64,000 nt of DNA. Origin: Podarcis pityusensis. Lineage: Eukaryota. This document shows, in pieces, positions 1 through 14,038 of this stretch. The position numbers were made by a program, and so were the translations under genes. A model generated the notes under the pieces. It had not been told where the DNA came from, did not search any database, and worked only from the letters and a program-made list of their open reading frames with translations. Within the stretch, counting starts at the first letter, position 1. The number at the start of each line of letters is the position of its first letter. The stretch lies in assembly GCA_964106645.2 (NCBI GenBank), contig OZ067041.1, one strand, 5' to 3'.

Positions 1-1348
1 TATCTTCCTCTTAATATCTGAAAATTAACACCGACTTGCTTCACAGTAGTTTCCTAACAGGGCATGGTATTCTTGAAATATTTTATTGTATCATGAGTCT
101 GGTTTTATTCCAACTCCTGCTGTATACATACATGCTGGCCTCCAGAGTAGCATTGCGAGACTGCGCTTTGGAACTCCTTTGAACTTTTGTAAACAAAAAT
201 GTATTGATGATGGTGACTTCTTCTTGTTGAAAGGTTCCAATGTATGCCTTTTGAAGCTTTGGCAAACATGTTGACCGTTTATAGTCAATATGTCAACCCA
301 CATCTTAAATATAAGGCTTCAGGTTATTTGCAAAATGCTAACAAATGTATATGTAAAATTTTCTGATGTTAGGACTTTAGCAGCATGAAAATGTTACCAG
401 GGGAGTGACCATTATATTACCTAATTAAATTTTGTCCGGAGACTTTTCATACTAATGTATGTAATTTTACTAATTCATTTGAAAGAAAGCATTATTAAAC
501 ATAACTGTATTATGCATTAAGTGGAAAAATGTTAATTTCCAATAGAGTACAGGTAAGATTTCTAAACTGATATACGCCAATTAGACATAACTGTTTTAAT
601 CTTCTTTATAGTGCTAATAGCACTTTATTTAAAAATTAATTACAAGACACAGGTGCAGACTAAATCATGTTGGAATATCTGAATGACCCTGCCTTTCTCT
701 GAAAGAAAATGTCAACATCTACTTGAAAAAGAGCTGGCTTTGAGCTAATTTTCATTTACTTGTGCACCTGATGCATCCCCTCAAATGTGTCTCCTCCAGG
801 CATATGTTCCCATAAACAGTTGCACTTTTAAAAACTAAGTAAAATTAAAAAGCTTTATAGTGCTGAAGGAATTAGCTACAAAATGGAAACAGTGATGTGT
901 TAACACTATGTGTAATTACAGTCCTTAGAAGAAGTAATTCCTTCAGTTGAGAACTAGGGGAGCTAGAATGGGTGGAAGGAATTTGGAGAAATTATGCCTG
1001 TTAACGACAGAAGGGCAGGAGTAAAAGCTGAAGACATTTTGGAAGTGGAGAGAGATGCCATCTATTGAAAGGCAGAACTCAAAAAGTTACTGAGTAAATA
1101 TCAGTCACATGTGACCTATTTTATCTTTGTACTGTACTAAGGTCTGTCTAGAACTAGACTTGGATAAAAAGTACATACTGCTACTGGGTTATGTTTTGAC
1201 ATGGTTGGTTTATATACAGCTACTGCTGAGAGGCTTTTTAAAAAACTGTTAAAGCAAATACTGTTCCAGAAAGGTGGCAGAGAAATAGCAAGCTGATTTA
1301 AAGAGCAATCCATTTACTGTAAAATTGTACCACAAGGAAAGGAAATTA

Positions 1349-1689
1349 CAGTGGTACCTCGCAAGACGAAAAACTCGCAAGACGAAAGAGTTTTTCATTT
1401 TTTGAGTTGCTTCGCAAGACGAATTTCCCTATGGGCTTGCTTCGCAAGACGAAAAACGAAAATGTCTTGCAAGTTTGTTTCCTTTTTCTTAAAACCGTTA
1501 ATACCCAGGGTGCATTGCTTGAAGAGGTGCAGTTGCGACTTGACTTCGAGGAGCAACTCATAGCACGCGGTGTGGTAGCCTTTTTTGAGGTTTTTGAAGA
1601 CTTGGGTGAACCATGCTTCGCAAGACGAAAAATTCGCAAGACGAAAAAACACGCAGAACGAATTAATTTCATCTTGCGAGGCACCACTG
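1349..1689. mobile_element. Tc1/mariner (pogo/Tigger-like) MITE, ~341 bp
   Basis: TIRs CAGTGGTACCTCGCAAGACGAA ... TTCATCTTGCGAGGCACCACTG (2 mismatches); TA on both sides (1347-48, 1690-91); repeated TCGCAAGACGAA motif internally; no transposase ORF. Confidence 0.92.
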
Positions 1690-4600
1690 TAGCATTAATA
1701 CCAATGACACAGGGAGGAAGAATTGTAGTGTAAGTACTCAAAAGTATATCCGATAAAGCTGGGGTACCCTGCAACACTGATATTGATTAGAATAAAATGC
1801 CAGGGCTCCTGGCTGAACTAATCTACAATTTATTATAGCCTTTCACAAATATTTAGAAGGTAGCTCTAAATTAGACAGCTTTTGGGTGCAGGTGTCTCTG
1901 CTAAAATGAACAGTTATACCTTGCATTGTATATGCTACATAACAAGACAGGTGGTAATCCATCTTCTCTAGAAGAAGCAGCTGGTGTTTTCTTTGGGTTT
2001 CTGTACTGCTTTTCAGCGGAGTCCCACCAACAGCTGATATCTTGCTTATTAGTATAATCTAAAGTATGTAGATGTTATTCAGTCCAGCCCTGTGTAGTGT
2101 CTGGGGCAAAGTACCAGACACCTTATCCATAAGCATGTCAGAGTGTATACTTAATACAGATAGAAATCCATATTATCATAATTGGCATTTCCACCAATGC
2201 ATCATATTTGGTATAAGATTGCAAATTAAATGATGCAATCCAAGTCATACTTTTTGCATACAATTTAGCTTACTTTGACTTTTAAGGCCCTAAATGGGCA
2301 GGAACCAGTTTATATCAAAAATCTCTTAAATGACTCTGCCCATTCCTTGAGATCATGGCCTGTGCTATAGTAATTGGGCAAGAGAGGCTGAGTTGTTATA
2401 ATATAATACAACGCCCTACCAAAGGAAATCTGTCCGACCATATCACTGTTTGCTTTTCGGTGAATAGCAAATACTGTAATATATTTGCAGTTGGCATGTT
2501 TTTTTCTTTTTCTTTCTAAAATTATTTCTCTTTTGTTAACTTTTTTGGTTTACTTCAACAGCTGCCATGGCTTGTAATTTAAGGACTCTGATAATGTTAT
2601 GTTACTTTAATTCTGTTACGTTGTTTGCCATTTTGCATATTTTTAATTGAAAGACAGGATTAAAATGTTGAAAAGGTTTCTGTTTTGCTTCTCTTTCATA
2701 GATAGTCCATTCACTGGCAGTCTTTGCGGCCCTAGAAGGCACCCCTTATATTGGCCATATCCCATTAGATCAATGTATGCATTAAATCATGGTTCAGTCT
2801 TGCTGCTGTTCCTTGGAGTTTAAAGCACTCTGCTGGTAGATAAAAATATAAAGACCTAGCCAGTCTTGCCATCAGATTGTTTAGCTCACTGTTTCTTACA
2901 ACTCAATCCTAAATTGAATTTTCTCAGTTTGTGCTATCAACCCTGTGAGATATTTTTGCTGAAAGGGACATATTCAAAGTTCAGCACATGCTTATGGAGG
3001 GTTTGAACTGAAGTCTTCCCCAACCATGACCATATCTTATCCATTACATCATATTAGCTTCAACAGACGTTGGAATGGTGAAAAACATTAAGCTTTGGGC
3101 ATAGAATGTACATTGGCTTCAACAAATAAAAAGACAAAGGTTTCACACTTTGCTGGTTTTAGTCAAAATAAGATGATATTATTGCCCATAACGATAGAGT
3201 TAATCATGACAGGTTTCTGGTGAGAAAAAGGAAAACTGTTTTTCAAATAAATTAGCTTTAGTGTATGACATTTAATATTCACCCTGAAGGGACATTATCT
3301 TTTTGAAATGTTACTCATTCATAGCTACATACAGCACACAACTACATAAATGTTTTATGTCTTTATTTTAGTACATTTATTATAGACTTCAACAATGAAG
3401 GGGATGAAAAAATGATTGATTGGAAATCTGATTTTGCTTATATTAGTCTTAGTTTAATTGCAAATTATGACATTTGTGCATGCAAACAGAGCTTAGTTGA
3501 TGTTTTAGACACTGAAGCTGATTAAAAATAGTTTTCTAATGTAAACTGGTTTAGCTGAACAGTGCAGGGTATTAAAACACAAAAATATATGTAACATTGT
3601 ATTTCAGGATTTGGAATAAAACACATAACAAAATATTGGTATTGTATAAAATAGAATAATGGATAAAAAATAGTTGTCAGAAAGCTTAACTGCTTCAGTT
3701 ATCACTATTTCTTTTTTAGTGCTTTAGCTTTCAAAATAAGCAAATTTATAGTAGGTCATGAGCTAGTACATAAGCAGTAGCATGGTAGCATTTCGTAGTC
3801 CAAAACCCAGACTCTTTATACATGCTTATAATTGATCAAAATGTGATTAAAAGCAACGCTACCTAAATAAATTTGGTTTAAATAATGCAGTTGTCTTAGT
3901 AATAAGAGCCACTAAATAATAGCTAGATTTCTTAATTAATGAAATTCCAGATGGCAACCCTTTTTTTGGGAATCTGAATAATAATAGTGTGAAGATACTG
4001 CTTTGTTGAGATAATTAAGACATAGAATTTATTCAAGCTACAATGTTGACAATACATACTATAATCTGTGATTATAAAGTGAAAATATTAAATTGCATTT
4101 AAATATTTAAACAGCAAATAAATTGATAGTGACCTGTTACAGTCTTTCCCAAAGGGTATTTTCCTATGGGTTTTTATAGCTATTTAGTTCCAGAATGTTG
4201 GCCTCTTGACCCTTTGAACATCACAATTTGAAAATTATTTGAAGCTTCTCTGCATTTAGAAATAAACAGAAATCCAACAGTGTGTGACTGCCAGCAGAAA
4301 GCACTTCCATTTGCTCAGTGGGCCTCCTCTGTCCTCAACACAATTATGGTGAAGCAAGAAGGCAGGAGCATGTGAATACTTGTAGGAAAAATTGTGGCTG
4401 TTTTGCTCTTTGCTTAATATTGCATCCCATTCCAGGCTTGTGGTTTGTCTCACACCGAAGAAATCACAAGCAGTAGCCAGGCTTCGTTCTTGACTTACTG
4501 CTTTGGGAGAGACAAACAGCAGAGATGTTTGTCACCCTTGCGCATGACAAAACGTACATCTCCAAAGGTCTTCGCCAACTTCTCTGCTTCTGTCACCTTC

Positions 4601-5025
4601 TCAAGTCCAGCACCCTAGGCCTCAGCAGATCAAATATGTTTCCTGGACCTGGTTCATTTCCCCAAGCACACAACCATGACTTCTCCAGGAGGCAGTTGTA
4701 TGTGTGTCTACACCTTTGTGCATAGCCTCCATTGGCGCTACTTACTTTCTAGCTTTGTATGTATTTTTCTTGATTGGGTTTGATAACCTGGAAAGCTACA
4801 TTATGTACTATTTGAAGGTGGGAGAATTGACTTCATAATTGTCAAGAATATAACTGCCCCAAAACACAAAATATAATCTTATAAGGCAAATGATATTTCA
4901 GAGCAGTTGCTGAGGCACAATTCTGCCTAAATAACTTCTAACTGCTCTTTTAAAGGGTACATTGTAAACCAAGTGAACCATCAAGAAACATTCATAGTGA
5001 CTTTATTAATAACTTCTTTTAAGTA

Positions 5026-5270
5026 CAGTGGTACCTCGGGTTACATACACTTCAGGTTACATACACTTCAGGTTACAGACTCCGCTAACCCAGAAATAGT
5101 GCTTCAGGTTAAGAACTTTGCTTCAGGATGAGAACAGAAATTGCACGGCGGCGGCAGTGCAGCAGCAGCAGGAGACCCCATTAGCTAAAATGGTGCTTCA
5201 GGTTAAGAACAGTTTCAGGTTAAGAACGGAACTCCGGAATGAATTAAGTACGTAACCAGAAGTACCACTG
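5026..5270. mobile_element. Tc1/mariner (Tigger-like) MITE family B, copy 1
   Basis: TA|CAGTGGTACCTCGGGTTAC ... GTAACCAGAAGTACCACTG|TA; internal GCTTCAGGTTA repeats; near-identical to 57724 and 58522 copies. Confidence 0.93.
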
Positions 5271-5559
5271 TATCTCAGATGTATATGTGTAATAGTTATA
5301 GTATCAGATCTAATAGAAAAACACATGGCCCATTAAGACTAGAACTGATAATGCTCTTACAGTGCTGTCCTAGAAAATATTTATATCCTTGGTTATAAAA
5401 ACTTATCTATGTTGATTGTAGCTTTCTCCAGGGCTTATCATTAGATTAGTTGTGACAATACATTGCCATTGATTTGCAAATAAGTGTAGTATTATTGACC
5501 AAAGTATTGAAATGAGTTTGAAAGTCGATCTCTGGAATTTTGCCTTTGCTATCCTCATA

Positions 5560-5690
5560 ACACAATGGCCAATGTGGTGCCATTCAGATATTGCAGGAAT
5601 TCCAACTCCCTTCAAACACAGGCAGCATGGTTAGGAATGAGAGAAGTTGTAGCCCACATCTTCTGGATGGCCACAAATTAACCAGCCCTG
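5560..5690. mobile_element. Degenerate short hAT-type MITE
   Basis: Core 'caactccc...ggaatgagagaagttgtag...ctggatggccaca...ccagccctg' resembles the 13903, 39055 and 62521 elements; ends eroded. Confidence 0.5.
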
Positions 5691-7843
5691 CCCTATATTA
5701 TCATCTTTGGATTGTTTAGTATATCTATTATGGTAGATACCAATGGAAGGATAATTACAACATTACCATCTTTCTAATATGTTTGGCAATATATACACAG
5801 AACTACATGTAGGGGAACTGAAATCAATGTGAAAAATTGAAAAATGAATTTCATGCACTTTTGACCACCACCTGCCCTCTGTCCGCTAATCAATCACTTC
5901 AAGTCTTATCACTAAACTTTTTCAAGAAACTGCAGAAAGAAATGTTGCCTGTTTGACACAACAAATACGGAAGATCTTTTCCAAAATGTAGTTGTGCCAG
6001 AAGGGCAGGATTCATAGTTGATTCATTAAAAGACATCCTCTATAATTTGTAACCGGGGCTTTAGCAATCTGTTTGACAACTTCATTCACAATCAATTAAT
6101 TTAACATCTGTTATTAATGAACTGACACAGCCTTTCTGAAATTGAATGACAAAGTTTGCAGACTGCAAAGAAGTTCAATGTTTTGTAATTTTTTAAAAAA
6201 GAAATTCAAAATTTGAAATAGAACTTTCATAAGTAGTAATTTCCCGTGCAAATATTTAGATCTTTAATAGTTTGCAAGGAAACTATGTCTTGAAGTATAC
6301 AGTACACCTTGGTTGAGAATGATTAACTTTGCTATATGGTTTAATTTTAGCCTATTAAAATTAAATTGTCAAATCTTTAATTCTAAATTGTTGAAGTCAG
6401 TGAAATTGTATTTCTTATAAAAGAGACATGGATTGGATCCCCAGGCATATGACTTTATAAGGAAAAATAAAAATAGTATTGCTACATGATTAGTGAACCC
6501 AGGGTCTATGTTGGGATTTTGATTGTAATATATTTGGAATGAGAAGAACTGATTGATTTATACATTGGTTAAGGACGAAGTCATTTATGCTACAGGGGTT
6601 CTATGTGTGGTTCAACTTTGCACTTCAGATGAGCAAAATTCTCCCAACTTGAACATGTTTTTACAATGTCAGCTGGCCTGTCTAACATCTTGACAAGTAT
6701 AGCCTAAGTGTATGTTGGCTCAAATTCACCTCTAGAAACAGATCTTACTTCAAAGCCCTTAAGACTTGAAAAAGGTCTTGTGTATAGTTCATTAACAATA
6801 GGTCACATATCTTCAAAGATTCCTTTAGGGCCTCAGCCCTGTTAAGGAGATAACAATGAATAAAGGGATTTTATCACATCAGAAGATAGGATTAAGTGAA
6901 AGAAATTTAGATTGAAAAGTAAACTTAATCCAATTTAAGGATAATGCCTTAATTTATACTGGGCTTCCTCATTAGATGTAGGCTTCTCTGTTAAATGTAG
7001 CCTTGAAGAAGAATTTTAGGGTCTGAAATAGCATTCCTCCCATTTGAAGAATCGTTGAATGTTATGAAACATATTTGCTAAAATATTATACATTAATGTT
7101 ACTCTGTATTGTTTTCCTCAGGCACTGTGTTTCATACACCTTTTATTTTTCTGTGACATTAATATATACTTCATTGCATGTTTGGGGCCATTTTATACAA
7201 GGAGAATGGGAGAGGGGTTGGGAGAGGCGACTCCCAACTCCTTGAATGCAAGATATTGAATTAATCTGAACAGTTAGTGTGGTGTCTGTCTCTCCCAATT
7301 AAATCGGTGTGAAACGGATGGCATATATGCAGTTCAGCATTTCCTTTTAAGACTTAAACATTGGAAACTTAAAATTGCTAACTGCAGCTAGTTCCCATCT
7401 TTTTATGTTTTCTCTCTGTGTGTGTCTCTGCACACTGTTTATAATTTTGCAAAAATGCCCAATTTCAGTCATTTTTTCTCTGTTTCACCAAGGAACTCAC
7501 ACCAACCAATGTGAATTTCAGTCGTAATTCCCAGGGGACTTGCTAGTTTTAACAACTTTCATATTGAAATTCATGAAATGCAAAAAAGAATACCAAACAA
7601 ACCAAAGTCATCTGTAAATTAAAAGAGCAATAGGAGCAGTCATCCAAAGCTCACTAAAAGCCAAGGGATACACAAGCTTTTTACTTGACACCTAAAGGCC
7701 AGCAGAATAGGCATTGCACAAATATTTGTGGAGGGGGAGGTGTTACATCCCAATTGGCATATATTATGCTACCACAGAGTTCAGTTAAATATTCTTGTTA
7801 TTCTAAGGCCCTTTCGCCCAGTTGGCAAGTTATGTTTAGAATA

Positions 7844-8060
7844 CAGTAAGCCTGCAACTTACACACACTTAGTTTGTGCGCATATAGCTTTACGCGCATG
7901 GCTAAATAATAATAAAAAGGACCGGACAGCGGGGAGGGTTTTCAGGAAAAAATGACTTTTGCAATCCCACCTGCCTTTGAACCCAACGGGTTTTGACTAT
8001 ATGCCATTTTGGTTTTAGGCGCAATCCCTGGAACGTGAACCCTGCACAAGTTGTGGGAGT
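7844..8060. mobile_element. Degenerate Tigger-like MITE
   Basis: TA|CAGTAAGCCTGCAACTTAC start; imperfect inverted end GAACGTGAACCCTGCACAAGTTGTGGG; right end eroded. Confidence 0.5.
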
Positions 8061-8064
8061 AGAT

Positions 8065-8403
8065 TCCTTAAGGCCAGATCCTAAATGTGGCCCTCTAAAC
8101 CTCTCTATCTGGCCCTTGGAACTCTGCTCAGCCACAGCTTTCTCCTCAAGGCATACCTGTAACTAATTTAGCATAACATTCTCCCGGAGTTTTGCTTGTT
8201 TTGCTTTAATGTGTTGAACTCTTGATTGTCTGGTCGGACGATAAGAGAGGGGTGTGTGAGTGTGAGGGGTGTGTAGAAACTAGCCTACTCCACAAAAATT
8301 GCATTCATTGCTCTGCCCATTTTTGTGTCTGGCTGTGCTCCCCATTAGTATGTAGCCCTGAAAAAGTTGCTGGGAAGGGAATGAAAGGGTTCCCCATCCA
8401 AGC
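8065..8403. mobile_element. Degenerate hAT-type MITE
   Basis: Multiple GGCCC subterminal motifs and terminal GGTTCCCCATCC typical of hAT non-autonomous ends; no clear TSD. Confidence 0.5.
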
Positions 8404-10169
8404 CCTAGTGGGTTGCTGCTTACCAAAGTTAGGTAGGTTTTTCTGGTATTTGTTCTAGACTGAGATACTAAATGACTTAGAATCCCCCTCATAATAGCTG
8501 TACAAACACTATGATCATTTCTCCTTTAAGTGGTGCATTGCAATGCCTACTTATAAGTAAACTCTGATAACAGCCTAGGGAAAATACCTATGTTTCCATC
8601 TCTGAATATAGGCTGCCAGTCAAAGGAGACACTATAGCAGTGCTCTGACCTGCTACAATACAGCTTCAGTTGTTTATGAGTAGGTATCCTTGTATGCTAT
8701 GGTATGCTATGATGCTCCTTCACAAAAATTAACTTTAACAAGTGTTAAACAAATTGCAGTTCCAAGTGGCACATGCTGTTTAAGTAAAACTAGAAGATAC
8801 TCTCCCTTATGAATAACTGGAGAAAAACATACATCATGTGTAAAACTACGTAAGATACACGAAGACTGCTTTCAGAGCAGGGAAACAAGTAAGAAAATGC
8901 AAGACAGGACACTGATGTGAACATAACTTTAATTAGCCTTTACTGATAATCAAAATGAGCCATTTGTTCTCCTGGATGTTATGTGGATGGTTGACAGGTT
9001 TTTTAAAAAGGAAACCTCATATAAAGCAATAAATGTCTACATTAGCAAACCTAAAGGCTTTAATGAATGTGTTGGTGGCAACTTTTAGAGAAACAACTTG
9101 CTTCATGTCAAACATATATTGGCTTATATAATAAATCACTGATAGAACAGCCAACTCTTTTTTTCTTCAGCACTGTCCCAACATTGATTAATGTGGCTCT
9201 TATAATGGAACAATGGTCAATGTGCACATAAGCATGAAAAGCTCTTCTGAAGTAATAGATAGCTTTGTCGTACATGCTGCATCTTATTAAGAGAAAAAGT
9301 CAAATACATACCCCACCCCACAACATCTTTCCATTCAGAACCTCAGCTAATTGATTAACACAGTTTTATGCAGCCTGTTCTTTGCCTTAAAACCGGAGTA
9401 TAATTAAAGGCTTTCACAGCCCCCAGTCTCAGTTTTGACAATCCAGTAGGCCCATATGTCATCTGAAGTACAAAAAGCAGTAAGGTGTGTTAGTTGCAAT
9501 CAGTAGTATTGCATACATGAGTGAAATTGCAAAAATAAAATAAAATCTATCTCTTACTGTGTTCAGCTTAAATGATTCATATTGAAACATTAATACTTCC
9601 AGTTTTACCTTAGGATAGTTACAGGAACAGCTTTATTCTCTACATTAGTATAGAGAAATATACAACATTTAAATTGGGAAATTGCTGTATTATTTGTATA
9701 AAATTTGTTTTGAAACTCTTTTCCTGGGTAGTATGCCTGGTGGAGAGAAGAGTTTTCATCTTTATTTTCTAATCCACACAAGTTGATTTCTTGTCAAGAA
9801 AGAGCACACACAATGGGACATGAAAACTTCTCCGGTGCCATACATAAGTGTGAATATCCTTCTCTTTACGAATAAAGAGAGGGTTTATTAGCAGAGTTAT
9901 AACTTTATTAAAAGATTTGTAATGCTACTATTAGTTGTATACACCCAAAACTACCATAATTCTTTGCTCTCATTTGTGTCCAGATTGTAGCTATTCCCCA
10001 GAAAGGGAATAATAAGTTTCCTTGGCTCTTCATGTAGTCACTTAGTTCCCAGTACAGAGGTCTAGATAGAGATAATTGTGAGCAGAATTCTTCTGTTACT
10101 TCCCTTCTGCAGCCACCTATGCCTTATGCATTTGAGGGCACTTCCTCTTGAGGAAGATGTCCTCAAGAC

Positions 10170-10218
10170 ATCTTGAACAGCTCTGAGACCCCAGGGCATA
10201 GGGCCGGTATATAAATTA

Positions 10219-10263
<45 letters not shown>
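10170..10263 (+). mobile_element. LINE (L2-like) 3' tail ending in an (AAC)n microsatellite
   Basis: 'gaacagctctgagaccccagggcatagggccggtatataaatt' followed by ~14 AAC units (10220-10263); similar tails at ~34905-34980 and ~62875-62930. Confidence 0.6.
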
Positions 10264-10265
<2 letters not shown>

Positions 10266-11213
10266 TCTCTACCGAGTTCTGACTCTTGCTTCAGCAGCCC
10301 CTGCATGGGATACAAGGTGCCTTTGATCCAACTCCAGTGTCTCTATTTTATTTCAGGGCTTTTTTCCAGAGAAATATCCCCAAAATACAAGTACTGAAGG
10401 AGAAACACACCACACTGGTTCGCATTCAAATTATGTAAACACCCATAATTTCAACAAATGGAACTTGAGTATATAAATACTACCTCAAAATCCCATGCTG
10501 AACTTAAAAACTGACAGACCCTCACACAAACTAGATACCAACTTTCAAACAGTCCACACAGCATCGTCAACTTTAGCTGTCCCGAAACCTTAACTAGAAT
10601 TTTGGTCGCATGAGAAAAAAACAGTACAAAGCTGGGCAACAAACAAAAAAACTAATACCAAAGCGCAGTCATTTTGTGTATTTGGTTCTTAATTTGGTGA
10701 TCTCTTTCCAATTCTCCAGCGACATACATGGCTAATGTAAATCTAGCTCACTTCAGATGTCCTGCTATTTATATATTCTAGTGGCATGGATTCAGCTCGT
10801 TTCTCTACTAAGTGTGTCAATGTCAATTTAGGCAAAGCTTTGAATTTCTTCTGTCTTCCTTTTGTTAGCAAAATCTGATTTGAACCATTTTGGTTGCTAC
10901 AAGAGATCATATTTTAAAGAGTTTATTGTCATGAACCCTCTTCCAAACATACAATGTGCTTTTTTTACTTTCCTGAATTTGGGGAACAATTTTGGAACAT
11001 GTGCTGTGAATCTGGAAAGTTTGTACATTCCCTATCTCTCTGTATCTCTCTGTCTTATGCGTGCGTGTGTACACACACACACTTTATCAGGAGAAGGCGC
11101 AAGAGAAGAGAAGAAATGGAACTAAAGGGCCTTTCCATAGGTTTTTCTAAACCTTTGGTCCTTTCTTTCCTTGAAATCTATTATTGAAGCTGATAATTAC
11201 AAGAATTCTGTAA

Positions 11214-11425
11214 TACCACTCCCCTTCTCTAGGGGGGTGGAGTTGCAGGCGGGCATCCCGGAACACCCTGTAACCCGGCAGGGGGCGGAGTGATGCCGCC
11301 CGCGTCATTGGGACTCCCAGCCACGTCATGCCCTCTGGCTGACCAATCAGGTTAGCCGGGGGCATGGCCGCTGCCGTTTAAATCGTGGCGCAGCTGGGGG
11401 CGGCAGCCTCCTTTTCGCCTCCTCG
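11214..11425 (+). mobile_element. GC/CpG-rich insertion with promoter-like motifs, flanked by a 17-bp direct repeat
   Basis: TTACAAGAATTCTGTAA at 11197-11213 and 11426-11442; ~16 CpG in 212 bp; GGGGCGGAG, CACGTCA, CCAATC and TTTAAA motifs. Confidence 0.8.
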
Positions 11426-13902
11426 TTACAAGAATTCTGTAACTTACTTTTCTCCCTCTCCAAACTTGAAAGCCTGAATGCAGGGACTGTTTTATAAGAC
11501 ACTCTGTGAGCTCTTTTTTTTTGCAGAAGAGCAGGATTGAAATGCTCTAAATAAATAATAAATAAATACTTGGTCTTGGCTCCTATGCAAAATCCTCAAT
11601 CTGCTTTTCAAACTTGGGAGGATGCACAATTTAGTCAAATGAGTTCCTCGCTGGAATCATTTGGTTTTGCAATATGACCTTGCCTCTGAAATCAAACATA
11701 AAATGAAGATCTTGTCACAATTTGTAGTTTTATTACCAATAGTACTTAGTAAGTTTTCAGTATGTTCCCAACTGTTAATTAGCTTCATGTCATTGAGAGC
11801 AGATTGACAAAATTTCTAGTCAGCAGTAATATTGGTTAGAATACATGCTGTTTTTAAAGCGTATGCAAAAAATATTGTGTTTTTTCTTTTTTCCACAGCT
11901 GTAGCAAAAGTCACAAGATGCACATGCTTCATGCTAATCACATTGAAATAAAGCAACTGATATACAGAAACTTGAAATGGGTGGGGTGGGGAGGACAAAC
12001 ATAGAATCTGCCTGGGTGGTTTCAATTAATGTCATTGTCCAGTACAAGGACAGGATGAGTTGATCCAGAAAAGAAAACCTAGCAGCTTGTTTTAACATGA
12101 GAGATGCACACTCTGAAATGCTGATAAGGAATTCAAATAACTATTCAGTTGTGACAGCTGTAATCCTTTTTTGAGCTAGCTATAGTGCATTTGAGAAAAA
12201 TATGGTTTACTGGGAAAGCTACTGAACGCCATCTTTTCAGAGTCATAGAGAGTGAAGCCCCAAGTTTGAAAGTTTTAATTGGATTTCTAAGGGCTAATTC
12301 AGTACTGTAGTCGATTAATGTTATAATATAGCTATAGTTGCGAAGTTTAGGAATTAGGTTATTCTCCCCCACCCCACAACCCCAGATACATGTCTCTGTA
12401 CACAGCTGCAAAATACTTCTCCATGTTGAAAGAATAAGTCCTTCCAGAACATGAAAGATTGGAGAGAATTTTGCTTAAGTTTTCTAGGGTATGGGTGGGG
12501 AACCTCCAACCTGCAGGCCAAGTTTGGTGTGTGAGGCTGCTTTCTCCCCAAACCTTGCACCACATGTGTGTATCCCCTATATCCCCCAATACTAACTTTG
12601 ATTGGAGTTGTCACTCATAGGCTGCCCCTTAGTCCCATTTATTGGGTTTGGTGTTTTATGTGCGTATGTGTAGCATGTGTGTTTTGCCTCTCCACCCCAG
12701 CCTCACACTGCATACTGAAGAGCTTGACATGTTAGCAGTCTAAACTACGGTACATTCCTTTAAAAAAAAAAAAAAAAGTACAATTAACAAATGGTAAGGA
12801 AGAGTTGTAGAATGCAGATACTGCATAGAACTGCTAGTGAGTTCACTGCTAAGCTGCCTGTATCAGACTCATCTGTGCAGATGTATTGGTATGTTTTGAG
12901 TGGATGTCTGGCAAAATCAGAAGTGGGTACTTTACCTCAATCCCCAGAGCAATCCTCCTACTGTTTCTAAAGAAAATAAACCATTTTCTTTTGCTGTCTG
13001 CAATAAACACAGCTGAAGTCCATTGAGTGTGGAAGTTATTTGCAAGATTTATAGGACAGAATAAGTTGTCCTGGTTATAGTGTAACATGAATGCACTGTA
13101 CGTTTACTAAGTACCTCGTGAAAGAGAGAGCATGTGCAGGAAATGGAAGAAGTGATTATGGTTCTTGAATAGAAAATAAAGCATAGCCTTATGGTCACTT
13201 CTTTGGACTTGGGGGGGGCATTGCTTTATGAAAAGAGAAGATAACAACATTACACTGAAGACGTGGTTGATTTAGAAATTTAAGAGGTGGTGGCTGGCAA
13301 AATAGGTTGGGGAATGAGAAGTCTTGGGAGAGGCTACTTCTATTCTGTCAGATATAAATTCTAGTTTCTGCTAGACTTTATGTAATATGAACGCCACTGT
13401 TGTTTTGTATTTTGATTTAATAACTTTTGTTTTGAAGTGAACGTTAATAACACCTCATCCTCCAGATTTACTGACCACTTGAGACATTTGTCAGTTGTAA
13501 AATAGACTTATGATAGGGGATATTGGCTTGGGGGAGAAAAATGGTATAATTTTGCACACAGATGTTACGTTTCTGTAGTATAAAGAGCCATTGTTTATAT
13601 CTGAAGGTTTCCAGTTCAGTATGTCAGGCAGAGGAAATAACAATCTCAGGCAGCATTTTGTAGTTAGCAGTGTGAGGAGATAAGTCAGTACATATACCAA
13701 TATATTGATTAAAGACTAGAAAACCATGTTTGTCTTAGAAATTATGTGTTGCTTTTAATTACATTTCTGTGTTTGTGGCATCTCTTGTATACAGAGTTCA
13801 TGTACTGTTCCACCCCCCACCCCCTTGTTCCTCCACTCACAGGATTTTATATTTCTGGTCATTAAAGCCTTCAGAAACAAAACACCTAAGATCTATCTAA
13901 AA

Positions 13903-14038
13903 CAGAAGTGGGAAACCATTGCCTCTGCAAGTCTTGTTGGACTGCAACTTTCATCAACCCCAAGCAGCATAGATAGTGATGTGGGATGATAGGAGTTACA
14001 TACAAGGACATCTGGAGGGACACAGTTGCCCATCCCTG
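13903..14038. mobile_element. Short hAT-type MITE (degenerate)
   Basis: CAGAAGTGGGAAAC ... GTTGCCCATCCCTG imperfect TIR; internal 'ggactgcaact..cat/gatgataggagtt' quasi-palindrome; partial TSD atctaaaa/atcaaaag. Confidence 0.65.

Noticed and set aside
1346-1777. Longest ORFs (143 aa minus, 108 aa plus)
   Set aside because: They lie across a repetitive MITE, contain no transposase DDE/HTH motif, and their repeated peptides simply mirror the DNA motif
5026-5270. Regularly spaced GCTTCAGGTTA repeats resembling a CRISPR array or iterons
   Set aside because: Repeats are only 11 bp, spacing is irregular, they are enclosed by TIRs and a TA TSD, the context is eukaryotic and there are no cas genes
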